A stretch of 54,531 nt of DNA from Candidatus Sumerlaeota bacterium (GCA_026398515.1 JAPLSS010000090.1:1-54531), one strand, 5' to 3'; shown: positions 44,660-54,138, counted from the stretch's first letter. The notes: generated by a model not told the origin, from the sequence alone. Numbers and translations: made by a program.

Positions 44660-46519
44660 TTACCCCTCATCATCGTCCTTTCCCTTTCCGCCTTGCGTCT
44701 TCACAGGTGGCTCTTTCTGTTTCCCCTCCAGCATGGCCGCGGTCAGTGCGACCGGCTCAAGCGGGTAGAAGGAAGCCATGAACTCATCGCAGGCCCGGCT
44801 TTCATTTACAACCACATCGCGGCACTCCGGTTCGTAGGCTAGATTTACGGTTTCATACGGATCCTTCTCCATGTCAAAAAGCATCATAACCGGCAGCGTA
44901 TCGGACGCCCTTGTCTTATCCTTCCAACGTATGAATTTATAGCGCTGTGTGCGAGACATGAGATCGCCAGGGTATTCACCTTCTTTGAGATACGAAACAC
45001 TGAAGGTGCGCTCGGGGCCAAGATTCGGATCATTTGCCAGCACCGCCTTCGAATAGTCTTTGCCGTCAATCGTCCGGCTTACTTTATCGCCGAGGCCCGC
45101 AAGCCCTGCAAGCGTAGGAAACATATCTACATGATTCAGCAGTATATCACTGTACTGTCCCGGGGCAATGGCTCCGGGCATGCGAATCAGAAACGGCACC
45201 CGTGCGGAGCCTTCATATTTCACCATCTTGCTGATACGCCTCTTTTCACCCATCATGTCGCCATGATCTGTCGTGAAGCATACGATCGTTGTGTCCTGCA
45301 ACTTCTTTCCGGGATTTCGCGGATCGTCAAGGATCGCCAGCCGGTCCAGCACTTTCCCAAACATATGATCGAGCCAGGTGATACAGGCGGAGTACTTGGC
45401 CCGGGCAAAACGCTCGGCCTCAGGCGCGTACGGGTCGCGGGTTCCGTAATAGGGTGACGAGGGGTCTTCGAGAAGCAGCTCTTCTTTGACGGGATTGGGA
45501 ATCAAGCGCGGTTCGGCTTTCCCATTGTGTAGATACGTAAGGGTATCCTCTTCGGGCCGGGCGCTGTACATATACCAGAATTCCGTGCCATCCTGCATGA
45601 GCGGTGCCACCCAAGGATAGTGCGGTTTCTGCATTGACAAGAAAAGGAAAAATGGTTTTTGCGGGTCAATGCCGAAACGTTCATCCTCGCGTTTGCCGGC
45701 ATAGGTATCCAGATAATCGAGCGTTTCAAAACCAATCGTGCCATCACTCATATCGGCGGCATGCTCTAGCCCTTTGCCGCTACAAGTGTATTTCCTATTT
45801 TCCTTCACCATCTCCTTTTCCCAGTCCGGCATCGGAGCGCCCGTGGTCTTTTCCGGATACCGATCCCGATATTCCTCCACAAGACTTTGCAGCTCTTCTT
45901 CATTGCGTTTATCGCGAGCAAGACCCAGATCATACTCCTCATCGGTCGGCTCGAAACCTTTGCTGCGGTTTTCTTCGACACGCCCCTCATAAGATCCCCC
46001 GGTCCATCTGCGGAAATCCCAGCCGTGAAAGATGTTCTTGCCCATGAATGTGCCATTCGGCAGGCTCTCCAGCGGCTCAAGATTGGAATGCTGTTTACCC
46101 AGCATGGCAGTATTGTACCCGTTATCGCGGAATACGTGCGCGAGCGACGGCGTCTTGCCCTGGGGTCCGGCTTCGGTAAGCAGGTCGCTGTTATGGAATT
46201 GCCCATGCCGGAAGGGGTAGCAGCCGGTCAGCAGACTGGCGCGGGTGGGGGCGCATACCGGATAGGCGTCGTACGCCTTCCTGAAAATCATGCCTTCCAT
46301 GCCGATCCGATCCAGATTGGGCGTGCGGATGTTTTCGGTGCATTGATGATCGCAGCCGATAAAATGGACATTGTGCATATCGGTCATCATCACCAGCACA
46401 TTCCAGCGGATATCCTCTGCTTTTCCTGCAGCCTGCAGAGCGCCTGGCGCAATCCCTGCGGCAAAAGCCGTCAGAGTTGTCTTACAAAAGTCACGGCGGG
46501 AGAGAATAGAGGATTTCAT
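44660..46519 (-). CDS. S1 sulfatase with Tat signal (619 aa), low-GC
   Basis: MKSSILSRRDFCKTTLTAFAAGIAPGALQA; WNVLVMMTDMHN...YPVCAPTRASLLTGCYPFRHG (C-x-P-x-R). Confidence 0.9.
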   Translation of the reverse strand: MKSSILSRRDFCKTTLTAFAAGIAPGALQAAGKAEDIRWNVLVMMTDMHNVHFIGCDHQCTENIRTPNLDRIGMEGMIFRKAYDAYPVCAPTRASLLTGCYPFRHGQFHNSDLLTEAGPQGKTPSLAHVFRDNGYNTAMLGKQHSNLEPLESLPNGTFMGKNIFHGWDFRRWTGGSYEGRVEENRSKGFEPTDEEYDLGLARDKRNEEELQSLVEEYRDRYPEKTTGAPMPDWEKEMVKENRKYTCSGKGLEHAADMSDGTIGFETLDYLDTYAGKREDERFGIDPQKPFFLFLSMQKPHYPWVAPLMQDGTEFWYMYSARPEEDTLTYLHNGKAEPRLIPNPVKEELLLEDPSSPYYGTRDPYAPEAERFARAKYSACITWLDHMFGKVLDRLAILDDPRNPGKKLQDTTIVCFTTDHGDMMGEKRRISKMVKYEGSARVPFLIRMPGAIAPGQYSDILLNHVDMFPTLAGLAGLGDKVSRTIDGKDYSKAVLANDPNLGPERTFSVSYLKEGEYPGDLMSRTQRYKFIRWKDKTRASDTLPVMMLFDMEKDPYETVNLAYEPECRDVVVNESRACDEFMASFYPLEPVALTAAMLEGKQKEPPVKTQGGKGKDDDEG

Positions 46520-46578
46520 GGCATTATCCCTTTCTTATTTTGCTTTCGAAAGGATGGGACGGACATTGCGTCGCTGCT

Positions 46579-48282
46579 CTACTTGAACGTGGTATCCGTC
46601 ACATATTCATTTACGTAAGCAAAGTCATCGAGACTGGTCAATTTCTTGCCTGCAATCACCACATTGTCAAACGTGATGTTGCTCCAGGGCGCCTCTTTAC
46701 AGCCGTGAAGTATTTCCGGAAGTCCTAAAACACTTTTCCCGGCTGCAGTGATGTTCTGGAATGTAATGCCGCTGTAGCTGCTGCCGGTGTGGGGGGATTC
46801 TGTGTTTCTAAACCCATCATGGGAATAGAGGTGGAAGATCTGGAGGGTTGGCCTCTTGTCCTCAATGCGGAAGTTTCTGATAAGGACATTTACTTTTTGG
46901 AGCCCAGGTTTGCCCTCGCCACGCTGACTGAACACTCGCCCCCCTTCCCATCCTTTGTATTTGTTTCTCGCATAGATAACATCGCAGTCTTTGATGACAA
47001 TCTTTCGGTCTTCAGGTATCCCGGCCATGTGAAAAACTGCTCCATTCACGTCGGTCCAGAAAACGCACCGTCTTCTATCTCCCTTGATATAGGAACAGTC
47101 ATCGGCGGTGCGGAGAAAGCAGTCTTCGATCTCATGGGCGCTGCCAATACCGTCGCCGTTGCCACGCCATGAGATGACTTTGGCCCATCTGACAAAGGTA
47201 TGTTTCTTGGCTTTATCGGTTGGGATAGCCACCAAGTTAATAGCGTGATTGGGAGGGTTTGCGACACAAACGCCCTCTACCACTGCATTATCCGCATTTT
47301 CGATGCAGATAGCCTTCCATTCTTTTGACTTCGCTTTTATCTGCTCACTAGCGCCTTCTTTTTGGACCTTCAAATAATCCGGATCGTAGTTAGGGTGAGT
47401 GATGCGGTCGCCGGAAAGAGTGCCTACGCCAAATATCTTTATGTTCTTTCCGCTTCCGGCGCCAAGATTGTTGAACGTTCCATAAACAAGCGCGTCCCCC
47501 GCCAGGTAGTATTTCTTATTCTCGTGAACCTTGAAATTGCGCCCTATGTCGTGGACGCCGGCTGAGAAATAAAGCGTTTCATACGTAGCGGGATCGGTCG
47601 GCGGTCTGGTTCCCGGTGTCACCACCACGACTCCCGGATCAGTCATTGCCGGCCTTTCCAGGATGGGGTGGGCAAATATACTGACCGTGTGTATGGCCGG
47701 ACCGTTATAACCTTCACCAGTATCCTGGTCGTCCATTTGCCCGTCAATATCTACGGCTACCAGCGCGGGGCTGTTCACTGCAAAATAGGCCTTGGCATCT
47801 TTGAGAGTAGCTTTGCCTGCTTTTGCCGCCGGATGCACCGCTGCCTTCTGAATCGGCGCCCCGTTAGCTCTCGACACCTCAATTTCCACAGGCGAATCCA
47901 TTTCAATATTGCCGTACGTATGACTCCAGTCCTTGACGTGGTCGTAATAGTTCTCCATGGAGGACGTGCTCCCTGGTTTCTTGGGGATTTTTGCCTGAGA
48001 ATACAAGGAGCGGGTAATATGAGCAAAAACCGACTGCCATTCCATTTTGGTTGCTTCGGAACGCACTCGGATTCTGTAGAATTCGGACGGCGTGGCGCCG
48101 GGCACGTCGGAGTAGACGATGAGTTTCTGATCGCCCTCTTGAAATGTCCTGGTTGTTGATCCCACGGTTTCCATTCCGGTGGCGCCGAAAATCCCAATGT
48201 TTCCCCGTCCCCCCGCCCAAGCCGTTGCCGCGCCCGCGCCCATGACTGCAACAAAATCGCGACGGTTCATCAGTTTCCTCAT
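46579..48282 (-). CDS. Tat-signal right-handed beta-helix glycosidase-like protein (GH49/GH28-like), low-GC
   Basis: MRKLMNRRDFVAVMGAGAATAWA. Repetitive beta-helix-like turns. WRGNGDGIGSAHEIEDCFLRTADDCSYIKGD resembles the DG...DD catalytic region of GH28/GH49. The family is uncertain. Confidence 0.65.
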   Translation of the reverse strand: MRKLMNRRDFVAVMGAGAATAWAGGRGNIGIFGATGMETVGSTTRTFQEGDQKLIVYSDVPGATPSEFYRIRVRSEATKMEWQSVFAHITRSLYSQAKIPKKPGSTSSMENYYDHVKDWSHTYGNIEMDSPVEIEVSRANGAPIQKAAVHPAAKAGKATLKDAKAYFAVNSPALVAVDIDGQMDDQDTGEGYNGPAIHTVSIFAHPILERPAMTDPGVVVVTPGTRPPTDPATYETLYFSAGVHDIGRNFKVHENKKYYLAGDALVYGTFNNLGAGSGKNIKIFGVGTLSGDRITHPNYDPDYLKVQKEGASEQIKAKSKEWKAICIENADNAVVEGVCVANPPNHAINLVAIPTDKAKKHTFVRWAKVISWRGNGDGIGSAHEIEDCFLRTADDCSYIKGDRRRCVFWTDVNGAVFHMAGIPEDRKIVIKDCDVIYARNKYKGWEGGRVFSQRGEGKPGLQKVNVLIRNFRIEDKRPTLQIFHLYSHDGFRNTESPHTGSSYSGITFQNITAAGKSVLGLPEILHGCKEAPWSNITFDNVVIAGKKLTSLDDFAYVNEYVTDTTFK

Positions 48283-48442
48283 GTGCCTGTCCTTTCAATG
48301 CCATCAGTTGCACGGGCTGCCAGCAAAAGCCCTTCCCGTGCCGGCTAATTTGGCCCCTCGCCGCCGGCGCTAGCGCCTCGACCAGCCGCCAGCCTTCCTC
48401 GGTCAGCCCAATCCGCACCAGTCGGCGGTCGCCATTGCTCGG

Positions 48443-48689
48443 GCCCCGCCGGCGATTGGAGATTCCATTTTCGACTCTCTCATGGCGCCCACTGCTCGAA
48501 CCGATGTATGATGGACCACTCGTCTTCCTCGGCTCTCCGGCTTGGGCCGAGTGCGGAAAGGGCTGGGCGGAAAATGGTCGCACGAGGACGACTCCGGACA
48601 AATTCTGCTTGCGTTAATCGAAGTTGGCAATTCCAATATCGGCGCAACTATGCCAAAATCGGGCGATACCGCCATGGAGACCGACTACT
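48443..48689 (+). repeat. Copy B of the ~247-bp direct repeat; both flanking genes destroyed
   Basis: Copy B retains MRESKMESPIAGGA on the minus strand, followed by unrelated sequence. It retains ATG GAG ACC GAC TAC T (METDY) on the plus strand, followed immediately by the IS left end at 48690. Confidence 0.8.
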
Positions 48690-50127
48690 GGGCGCATCTT
48701 GACACTGCTACCGAGGAGTGGCGAGATTGAGCTGCGCATCCCCGTTTCTGGAGGGGGCATCGATCCCATTGACGTGAGGCCTGTAGAGATGCTGGAGAGA
48801 CCGCGCCGTGCCGTTTCGCCTTTGGCCGAGGTGGAACTGGAGACCCTGGAGGAAGGACGCGAATGGACGCGTCGGAGATTGGAGGAGAAGTTGCAGCGTC
48901 TGGCCGATGGCCAAGGGGCGATTTCCCCCCCTCAGCCATCAGCCTCTGAGGCGAGTGAGGCTTCAGCGGGTGACCCTGACCACCGTGGTGGGCGAGGTCG
49001 CGATTAGCGCTGCGTATGGACAAGACCGGCGGACGAGGCAATGGCTGTCGCCGATCCGCGAGTTGTGGGGGCTGTGGCCGCACCAGGCGATGTCGCCGGC
49101 GCTGGAGGAGAAGGTTTGTTACACGGCGGCGATGACGTTTTCGTACGAGCATGCCGCCGCCGTGGCGGCGAAGTGGGGTTCGCCGGTCGACGACGCGGCG
49201 ATCCATCGCCATGTCCAGGTCAAGGGGATGGACGCGTTGGCGTTGGAGAACGAGCGCGTGCTGCGCGCCTTGTCGCTGGAGCACCGGGCCGAGGTGGTGG
49301 CGGAAGCCAAGCGCCATCTGCCCCGCGGGGAGTTTTCGCTGGTGATCATGATGGACGGGACGATGCTGCGCGAGCGGGGGCCGGACTGGGGGCTGAAACC
49401 CTCGGAAACACAGGCCAATCGCGTAGCGTGGCACGAATTGAAAGGCGCCATTGTCTATCGGCTCAGCCAGCGTGCGGAGAGCCAATCGGGGCGCGGGATG
49501 ATCCTGGAGAAGTACTGCGTGGCCTACCGGGGCGAGCCGTTTGAGTTTGGCCAGCGCGTGTATGCCGAGGCCCTGCGCCGCGGATTGAATCAGGCCAAGA
49601 AAGTCTACGTGGTGGCCGACGGCGCGGTGTGGATTTGGAATATCGTGGCCGATCGCTTTCCCCAGGCGCAGGGCGGCTTGGACTTCTACCACGCCTCCGA
49701 GCATCTGTGGGCGGTGGCTCACGACCAGTTCGGCGAAAGCAGCCCGCAGGCGCGCGCGTGGATCGAGCCGCTGCTTCACCAACTCAAACACGGCGGGGAG
49801 TTCGGCGTCCTGCAAACCTTGGAGGACTTCTGCGAGGTCTGCGCCGAGGGCCAAGAGCCAGCGCACCCCGCCACCCAACGCGAAATCGCCTACTTCCGCC
49901 AGCATCGAGACCACCTGCATTACGAACAACTGCGCGCCGAGGGTTGCCCCATCGGCTCCGGAGCCATGGAGTCCACCTGCAGCCAATTCCAGGATCGCTT
50001 CAAGCGCACAGGCCAGATCTGGAGCCTCTCAGGCGAACAGTGTCTCATGGCGTTGGACATCGCCCGGCGGAATAACGACTGGGACGAAATCTGGGCCGTC
50101 GACACGTAGCAGTGTTAAGATGCGCCC
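48690..50127 (+). mobile_element. ISKra4-family-like insertion sequence (about 1.44 kb)
   Basis: Terminal inverted repeats: GGGCGCATCTTGACACTGCTAC (48690-48711) versus the rc of 50106-50127, GGGCGCATCTTAACACTGCTAC (21/22 identical). It encloses a single transposase gene whose stop codon lies inside the right IR. No direct target duplication is visible. Confidence 0.8.
48789..50109 (+). CDS. ISKra4-family transposase, N-terminal ~45 codons in a different frame (frameshift near 48920-48932)
   Basis: Main ORF 48808-50109: VIMMDGTMLRERGPDWGLKPSE...AWHELKGAIVY, VYVVADGAVWIWN, LDFYHASEHLW, CPIGSGAMESTCSQFQDRFKRTGQIWS. The upstream part MLERPRRAVSPLAEVELETLEEGREWTRRRLEEKLQRLADGQGA is in the frame of ORF 48624-49007. 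Skipping one base before TTTCCCCCCC joins the two. Confidence 0.75.
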
Positions 50128-50134
50128 CCCCAGC

Positions 50135-52126
50135 ATGTTCGAGTTTGCCTCGCCGGCGCACGAAGTGGTGAACGCCGATGAATTCGATTCGATTCAGACG
50201 AGACGCGTCGATGCCAACCACATCCAAATCGACTATTCGAATCACCCGTCCCAGGCGATCTCCGTCACATGCGCGATTCGTTCCGAGGGCGATTTGATCC
50301 GATTCAATATCAGCGCCACCGGCAACGCTACCGGACGCGCCGTCTTCTCCTTGCGCTATCCGCAATTCGCCTCTCCCGCGGGGCTCGATGGCAACCCTCA
50401 GGACGATCGCGTCGTCATGCCCGGCACGCCGGCCGATGGCACGGTCGTGTACGGCCCCGGCACGGTTACGGCGCAAGCCTGCCGGCTGTATCCGCGCCAG
50501 GCCTACGCGCAGTTCCTTGCCTTGTATGGACCCACCGCCGGCCTCTACCAGGCCTGCTACGACAACACCGGCCAGGTCAAGACTCTGGACCTCAGCACCT
50601 CAGCCACGCAGTACGTGGAAACGCAATTCCGGCATATCCGCCCCGAGGTCGTTGGCGCGGACGCCACGGTCCCCTACGACATTGTTCTTCGCACGTTCCA
50701 CGGCGATTGGCACGACGCCGCGGACATCTACAAGGAGTGGGCGCATCAACAGCCCTGGTGCGCCAACAAGATCGCGCAGCGAGCCAACGTGCCGCAGTTC
50801 TTGAAGGAAGGCACGGTTCTTCTGATCGAGAGCAACCAGGACAATATCACGAATCTGGCGTCGACCTTGCAGACCTACAAGACGCAGATCGGCATTCCCC
50901 ACGTGGTGGGAGCGGTTTATGGCTGGGAGAATCGCGGCAACTGGCGGGGGATCTTCTACACGCCGGCCCGGCCATCGAGCCAGGCGTACATCGACGCCGC
51001 CGCCACCATGAAATCCCAGGACAACCGACTTGCCTTGCTTACTTCGGGCCTGCATTGGGTCGTGCAGTCGACGGGCGCCAGCGGCGGCGGCCCGTTCGAC
51101 GACACCGCGTTGTGGAACCCGCTTAAGTATATTTGCATAGCCAAGTCCGACCAAACTGCCTGGACCTCCACGACCGGGATCGGAATCTCCACCAGCGGGT
51201 TGAGCGCCTTCCCCTGCCGCGGTTCGGTGGAATCCCGGAAGCGCATGAAGCAGTTCTTCCTGGACACCGAGGCCCTCGACGCGTCGCTGGTGAGCTTCGA
51301 TCAGGACATCGGGGCCGGGCAGTTGCTTCCATGCTATTCGAACAATGCCGATCACCAGCATCCGCCGGGCTATGGCGACTGGATGTACACGGACATGCGC
51401 GATTTGTGCGAAGACATCCTCGCGGCGGGAAAGCCCTCCAACCCGGATTTCGGCCTCCTGTGCGAGGACGTCAGCGAATTGCTCATTCCGCAGATGGCCA
51501 CCTATTGGGGCCGAGAACACGGGATTCTGCCGGATTTCAGCCCCTTCGAAGCGCACGGGATTGGGTTATTCTCTTATCTCTATCATGAATATATTACTAT
51601 CATCAGCGCGGCGATGACCGATCCGCAAGTCGGGCTGACCGGCTCCGATGGTTTCATCTATGCTTGCGCCAACTGTCTCACCTATGGCGACATTCCCGGG
51701 CCTTTCCTGTCGCGCATCACCACCGCCAGCCAGACCGCGTTCAACAATTTTGCCATGCCCATCGCCCACTTCCCGGAGTATCTCATCTTCGGCGACCGGC
51801 GCCGACCGCCGCAAATCACGGTAGGCACGCAGGTCATCGGCTCCCTTACATTGCCCGCGGTCGTCCAGGGAACGTTCCGGGCGCAAGACGGCTCGTATGG
51901 GACAGTCTTCGCCAACACGACCAAGCAAAGCCAGAACGTGACGGTCACGCTGTCGCGCTCCGCCCCTGCGGCGACGCTTTGCTTGTATGACCGCACGGTG
52001 GCAAATCAGTGGACCCATACTGCGCCAGGCCAGCAGATCTCCTTCTCCATCGAGGCCTACGGAACACGAATGCTTGTCGAGAACACGACTTCCTCCAGTG
52101 CGCGAGACTGGAAAGGGTACCCTTAG
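50135..52126 (+). CDS. Uncharacterised protein, possibly glycoside-hydrolase-like (DUF6259-like?), no signal peptide, possibly 5'-truncated
   Basis: The ORF track starts at an ATG (50120) that lies inside the IS right inverted repeat. The first ATG in native flank is 50135 (MFEFASPAHEVV...). Non-biased composition over 660+ aa. The family guess is weak. Confidence 0.65.
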   Translation: MFEFASPAHEVVNADEFDSIQTRRVDANHIQIDYSNHPSQAISVTCAIRSEGDLIRFNISATGNATGRAVFSLRYPQFASPAGLDGNPQDDRVVMPGTPADGTVVYGPGTVTAQACRLYPRQAYAQFLALYGPTAGLYQACYDNTGQVKTLDLSTSATQYVETQFRHIRPEVVGADATVPYDIVLRTFHGDWHDAADIYKEWAHQQPWCANKIAQRANVPQFLKEGTVLLIESNQDNITNLASTLQTYKTQIGIPHVVGAVYGWENRGNWRGIFYTPARPSSQAYIDAAATMKSQDNRLALLTSGLHWVVQSTGASGGGPFDDTALWNPLKYICIAKSDQTAWTSTTGIGISTSGLSAFPCRGSVESRKRMKQFFLDTEALDASLVSFDQDIGAGQLLPCYSNNADHQHPPGYGDWMYTDMRDLCEDILAAGKPSNPDFGLLCEDVSELLIPQMATYWGREHGILPDFSPFEAHGIGLFSYLYHEYITIISAAMTDPQVGLTGSDGFIYACANCLTYGDIPGPFLSRITTASQTAFNNFAMPIAHFPEYLIFGDRRRPPQITVGTQVIGSLTLPAVVQGTFRAQDGSYGTVFANTTKQSQNVTVTLSRSAPAATLCLYDRTVANQWTHTAPGQQISFSIEAYGTRMLVENTTSSSARDWKGYP

Positions 52127-52159
52127 CGGCGCGAAACGAAGCAAAGGAGGCTGTTTGCC

Positions 52160-54016
52160 ATGCGCATCCGTAGGCTTGGCGCGGTGAATGTGTGGGTCGG
52201 TTTGGTAGGCGTCGCCCTTCTTGGAGCGGCAGTGAGCGCTCGCGAGCTGCCGGACGTCGGCTTCCCGCGCATCCTGATTCACAACTTCGACGAACGGCCG
52301 CCGATGCCCCGCGCGCAGATCGAGGCGCTGGCCCAACGCGATCTGGTGATCCTGTCCTCGATCTTCCGCAAGGACTACGAGGACATCGCGGCGATCCGGG
52401 CGCTCAATCCGAACATCATCATCCTCCAATACGCGCTGACCTTCCAAGCGGGGTTCGACGACCGGGCCGCGCTCTCGAACGACGAGGAAGCCGCGCTCTT
52501 TCTATCGCATCCCGAAACGTGGCTGACAACGACCCCTCTGGCCGCGCTGGCTCAGCCCTTGTCGTCGGACATCCAGACCCTAAGCCTGTCGGCCCCGCTT
52601 CCCGATTTCGCGACCGCAGGCTGGCAGCCGGTCCTGTTGTGCGACGGCGAACTGATGCGAGTCGAGAGCGCGGAAGGCAAAGACCTGAAGGTCCGCCGGG
52701 GATGGCTGAAATCGGCGCCTGCGGAGCACGCGCAAGGTGCCGCGCTCTGCATGGTGACGCAGCCATTCGACGGGTTCTTCTTTGACGAGGGGCAGGGGGC
52801 GGTCTCGACGCCGCAGGCGGACCTGAGCCGCGACGGCAAGGCCGATGAGCCCCTGGAGGTCCAACGGGCCATGGACCACGGCCTCCAGTTGATGTGCGAA
52901 CGGCTGCGCGAGCGATGCGGCGACGACACGATTCTCCTGCTGAACAACAATCGCAACCTGGTCCCCTCCGTCAACGGAAGGCACTGTGAGCACTTTGCTG
53001 ATGTGCTGGCCGATTCCGCGAAGGGTCCGAATGCGCGAACGCCCTGGATGTTCGGCAACTGGGCGTATTCCACGGAGCCATGCCGCGCCTGGCTCGACAC
53101 GGGGCATCCGCCGTCCCTCGTGGCCAACAGCAGCCAGCCGGGCACGTGGACGGACAGGCGTCAGGTGCGCTTCGGCTTGGCCAGCGCGTTGCTTTTCGAC
53201 GGTTTCTTTCAATACCGCGCCCACTCGGGCGACAAGGAGAACTGGAGCCACTGGTTCGACGAGTATAGCGTGGACACGGCCGGCAAGGCCACCGACGGGA
53301 CAACCGGACGCCATTGGCTCGGCCGGCCGCTCGGCCCCGCCCGCCAGGCGACTCAAGCCTTGACGACCCCGAATCTTGTCGCCGGCGCCGCATGGGCATT
53401 GGACGTTACGCGTCCCGGCCTGGCCCAGACACGCCTGGAGAGCGAGGGCGGCGTGCTTCGCGCGACGATTGATGCGCTACGCTCGACCAAGCCGGGGGCG
53501 GTCTCCCTCAGCGCGCCGGGGACGGGAGCGCTCAAGCCAACGAGCGAATACACCCTGGACCTTGAGGTTCGCGCCTCCTCGCCTCGGTTGGTGGATTTTT
53601 CCATCGCAGCGGGAAAGGCGAAAGGCGCGTCGAGCGGCTCCCGAATCCAGATTCCCCTCTACGTCAAATCTCAGTGGGAACGCCATGTTCTGACCTGCTT
53701 CAACGCCAGCGACAAGCCTCTCCAGCCCTATCAGCTCGTCTTCGGCCTGGGCCGCGACGAAGGGACCGTCGAGTTGCGCGGCACGTCCTGGCGCGAAGGA
53801 ACGGAAGAGGGCGTTTGGACGCGTGAGTTCGAGCACGGCGCCGTCGTTGTCAGCCCCACGCGCCAGCCCCAGACCGCCGGCGGGCTTCAGGGCTTCCGCA
53901 AAATCCTGGGAATGCAAGACCCCGCCCACAACAACGGCGGGAGTGTTCCAGCCTCGTTGACGGTCGCTCCACTGGACGCGTATCTCCTGTGGCGGGTTGC
54001 TGAGATTCCGCATTGA
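52160..54016 (+). CDS. Exported putative glycoside-hydrolase-like TIM-barrel protein (GHL15-like?) with C-terminal jelly-roll-like domain
   Basis: AAAGGAGG lies 9 nt upstream. Signal MRIRRLGAVNVWVGLVGVALLGAAVSA. PRILIHNFDERPP...DLVILSS...NPNIIILQY pattern. The family is uncertain. Confidence 0.65.
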   Translation: MRIRRLGAVNVWVGLVGVALLGAAVSARELPDVGFPRILIHNFDERPPMPRAQIEALAQRDLVILSSIFRKDYEDIAAIRALNPNIIILQYALTFQAGFDDRAALSNDEEAALFLSHPETWLTTTPLAALAQPLSSDIQTLSLSAPLPDFATAGWQPVLLCDGELMRVESAEGKDLKVRRGWLKSAPAEHAQGAALCMVTQPFDGFFFDEGQGAVSTPQADLSRDGKADEPLEVQRAMDHGLQLMCERLRERCGDDTILLLNNNRNLVPSVNGRHCEHFADVLADSAKGPNARTPWMFGNWAYSTEPCRAWLDTGHPPSLVANSSQPGTWTDRRQVRFGLASALLFDGFFQYRAHSGDKENWSHWFDEYSVDTAGKATDGTTGRHWLGRPLGPARQATQALTTPNLVAGAAWALDVTRPGLAQTRLESEGGVLRATIDALRSTKPGAVSLSAPGTGALKPTSEYTLDLEVRASSPRLVDFSIAAGKAKGASSGSRIQIPLYVKSQWERHVLTCFNASDKPLQPYQLVFGLGRDEGTVELRGTSWREGTEEGVWTREFEHGAVVVSPTRQPQTAGGLQGFRKILGMQDPAHNNGGSVPASLTVAPLDAYLLWRVAEIPH

Positions 54017-54138
54017 GTGAAGCAACCATGGCCAAGGGGGGACGCCTCTTCTTCAGGCGAGAGTCCGAAAGTCAAAGGCGCAAGAGAGGAAAGCAGGTTT
54101 CACCGTTCCGGAGATGGTGTTTGACGGGAGGCGATAGA

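Noticed and set aside
44246-44842. 198-aa plus-strand ORF spanning the 44.05-44.66 kb gap and the 3' end of the sulfatase gene.
   Set aside because: It overlaps the well-supported minus-strand sulfatase. Its translation is low-complexity and heterogeneous. The region is better explained by the esterase remnant on the minus strand.
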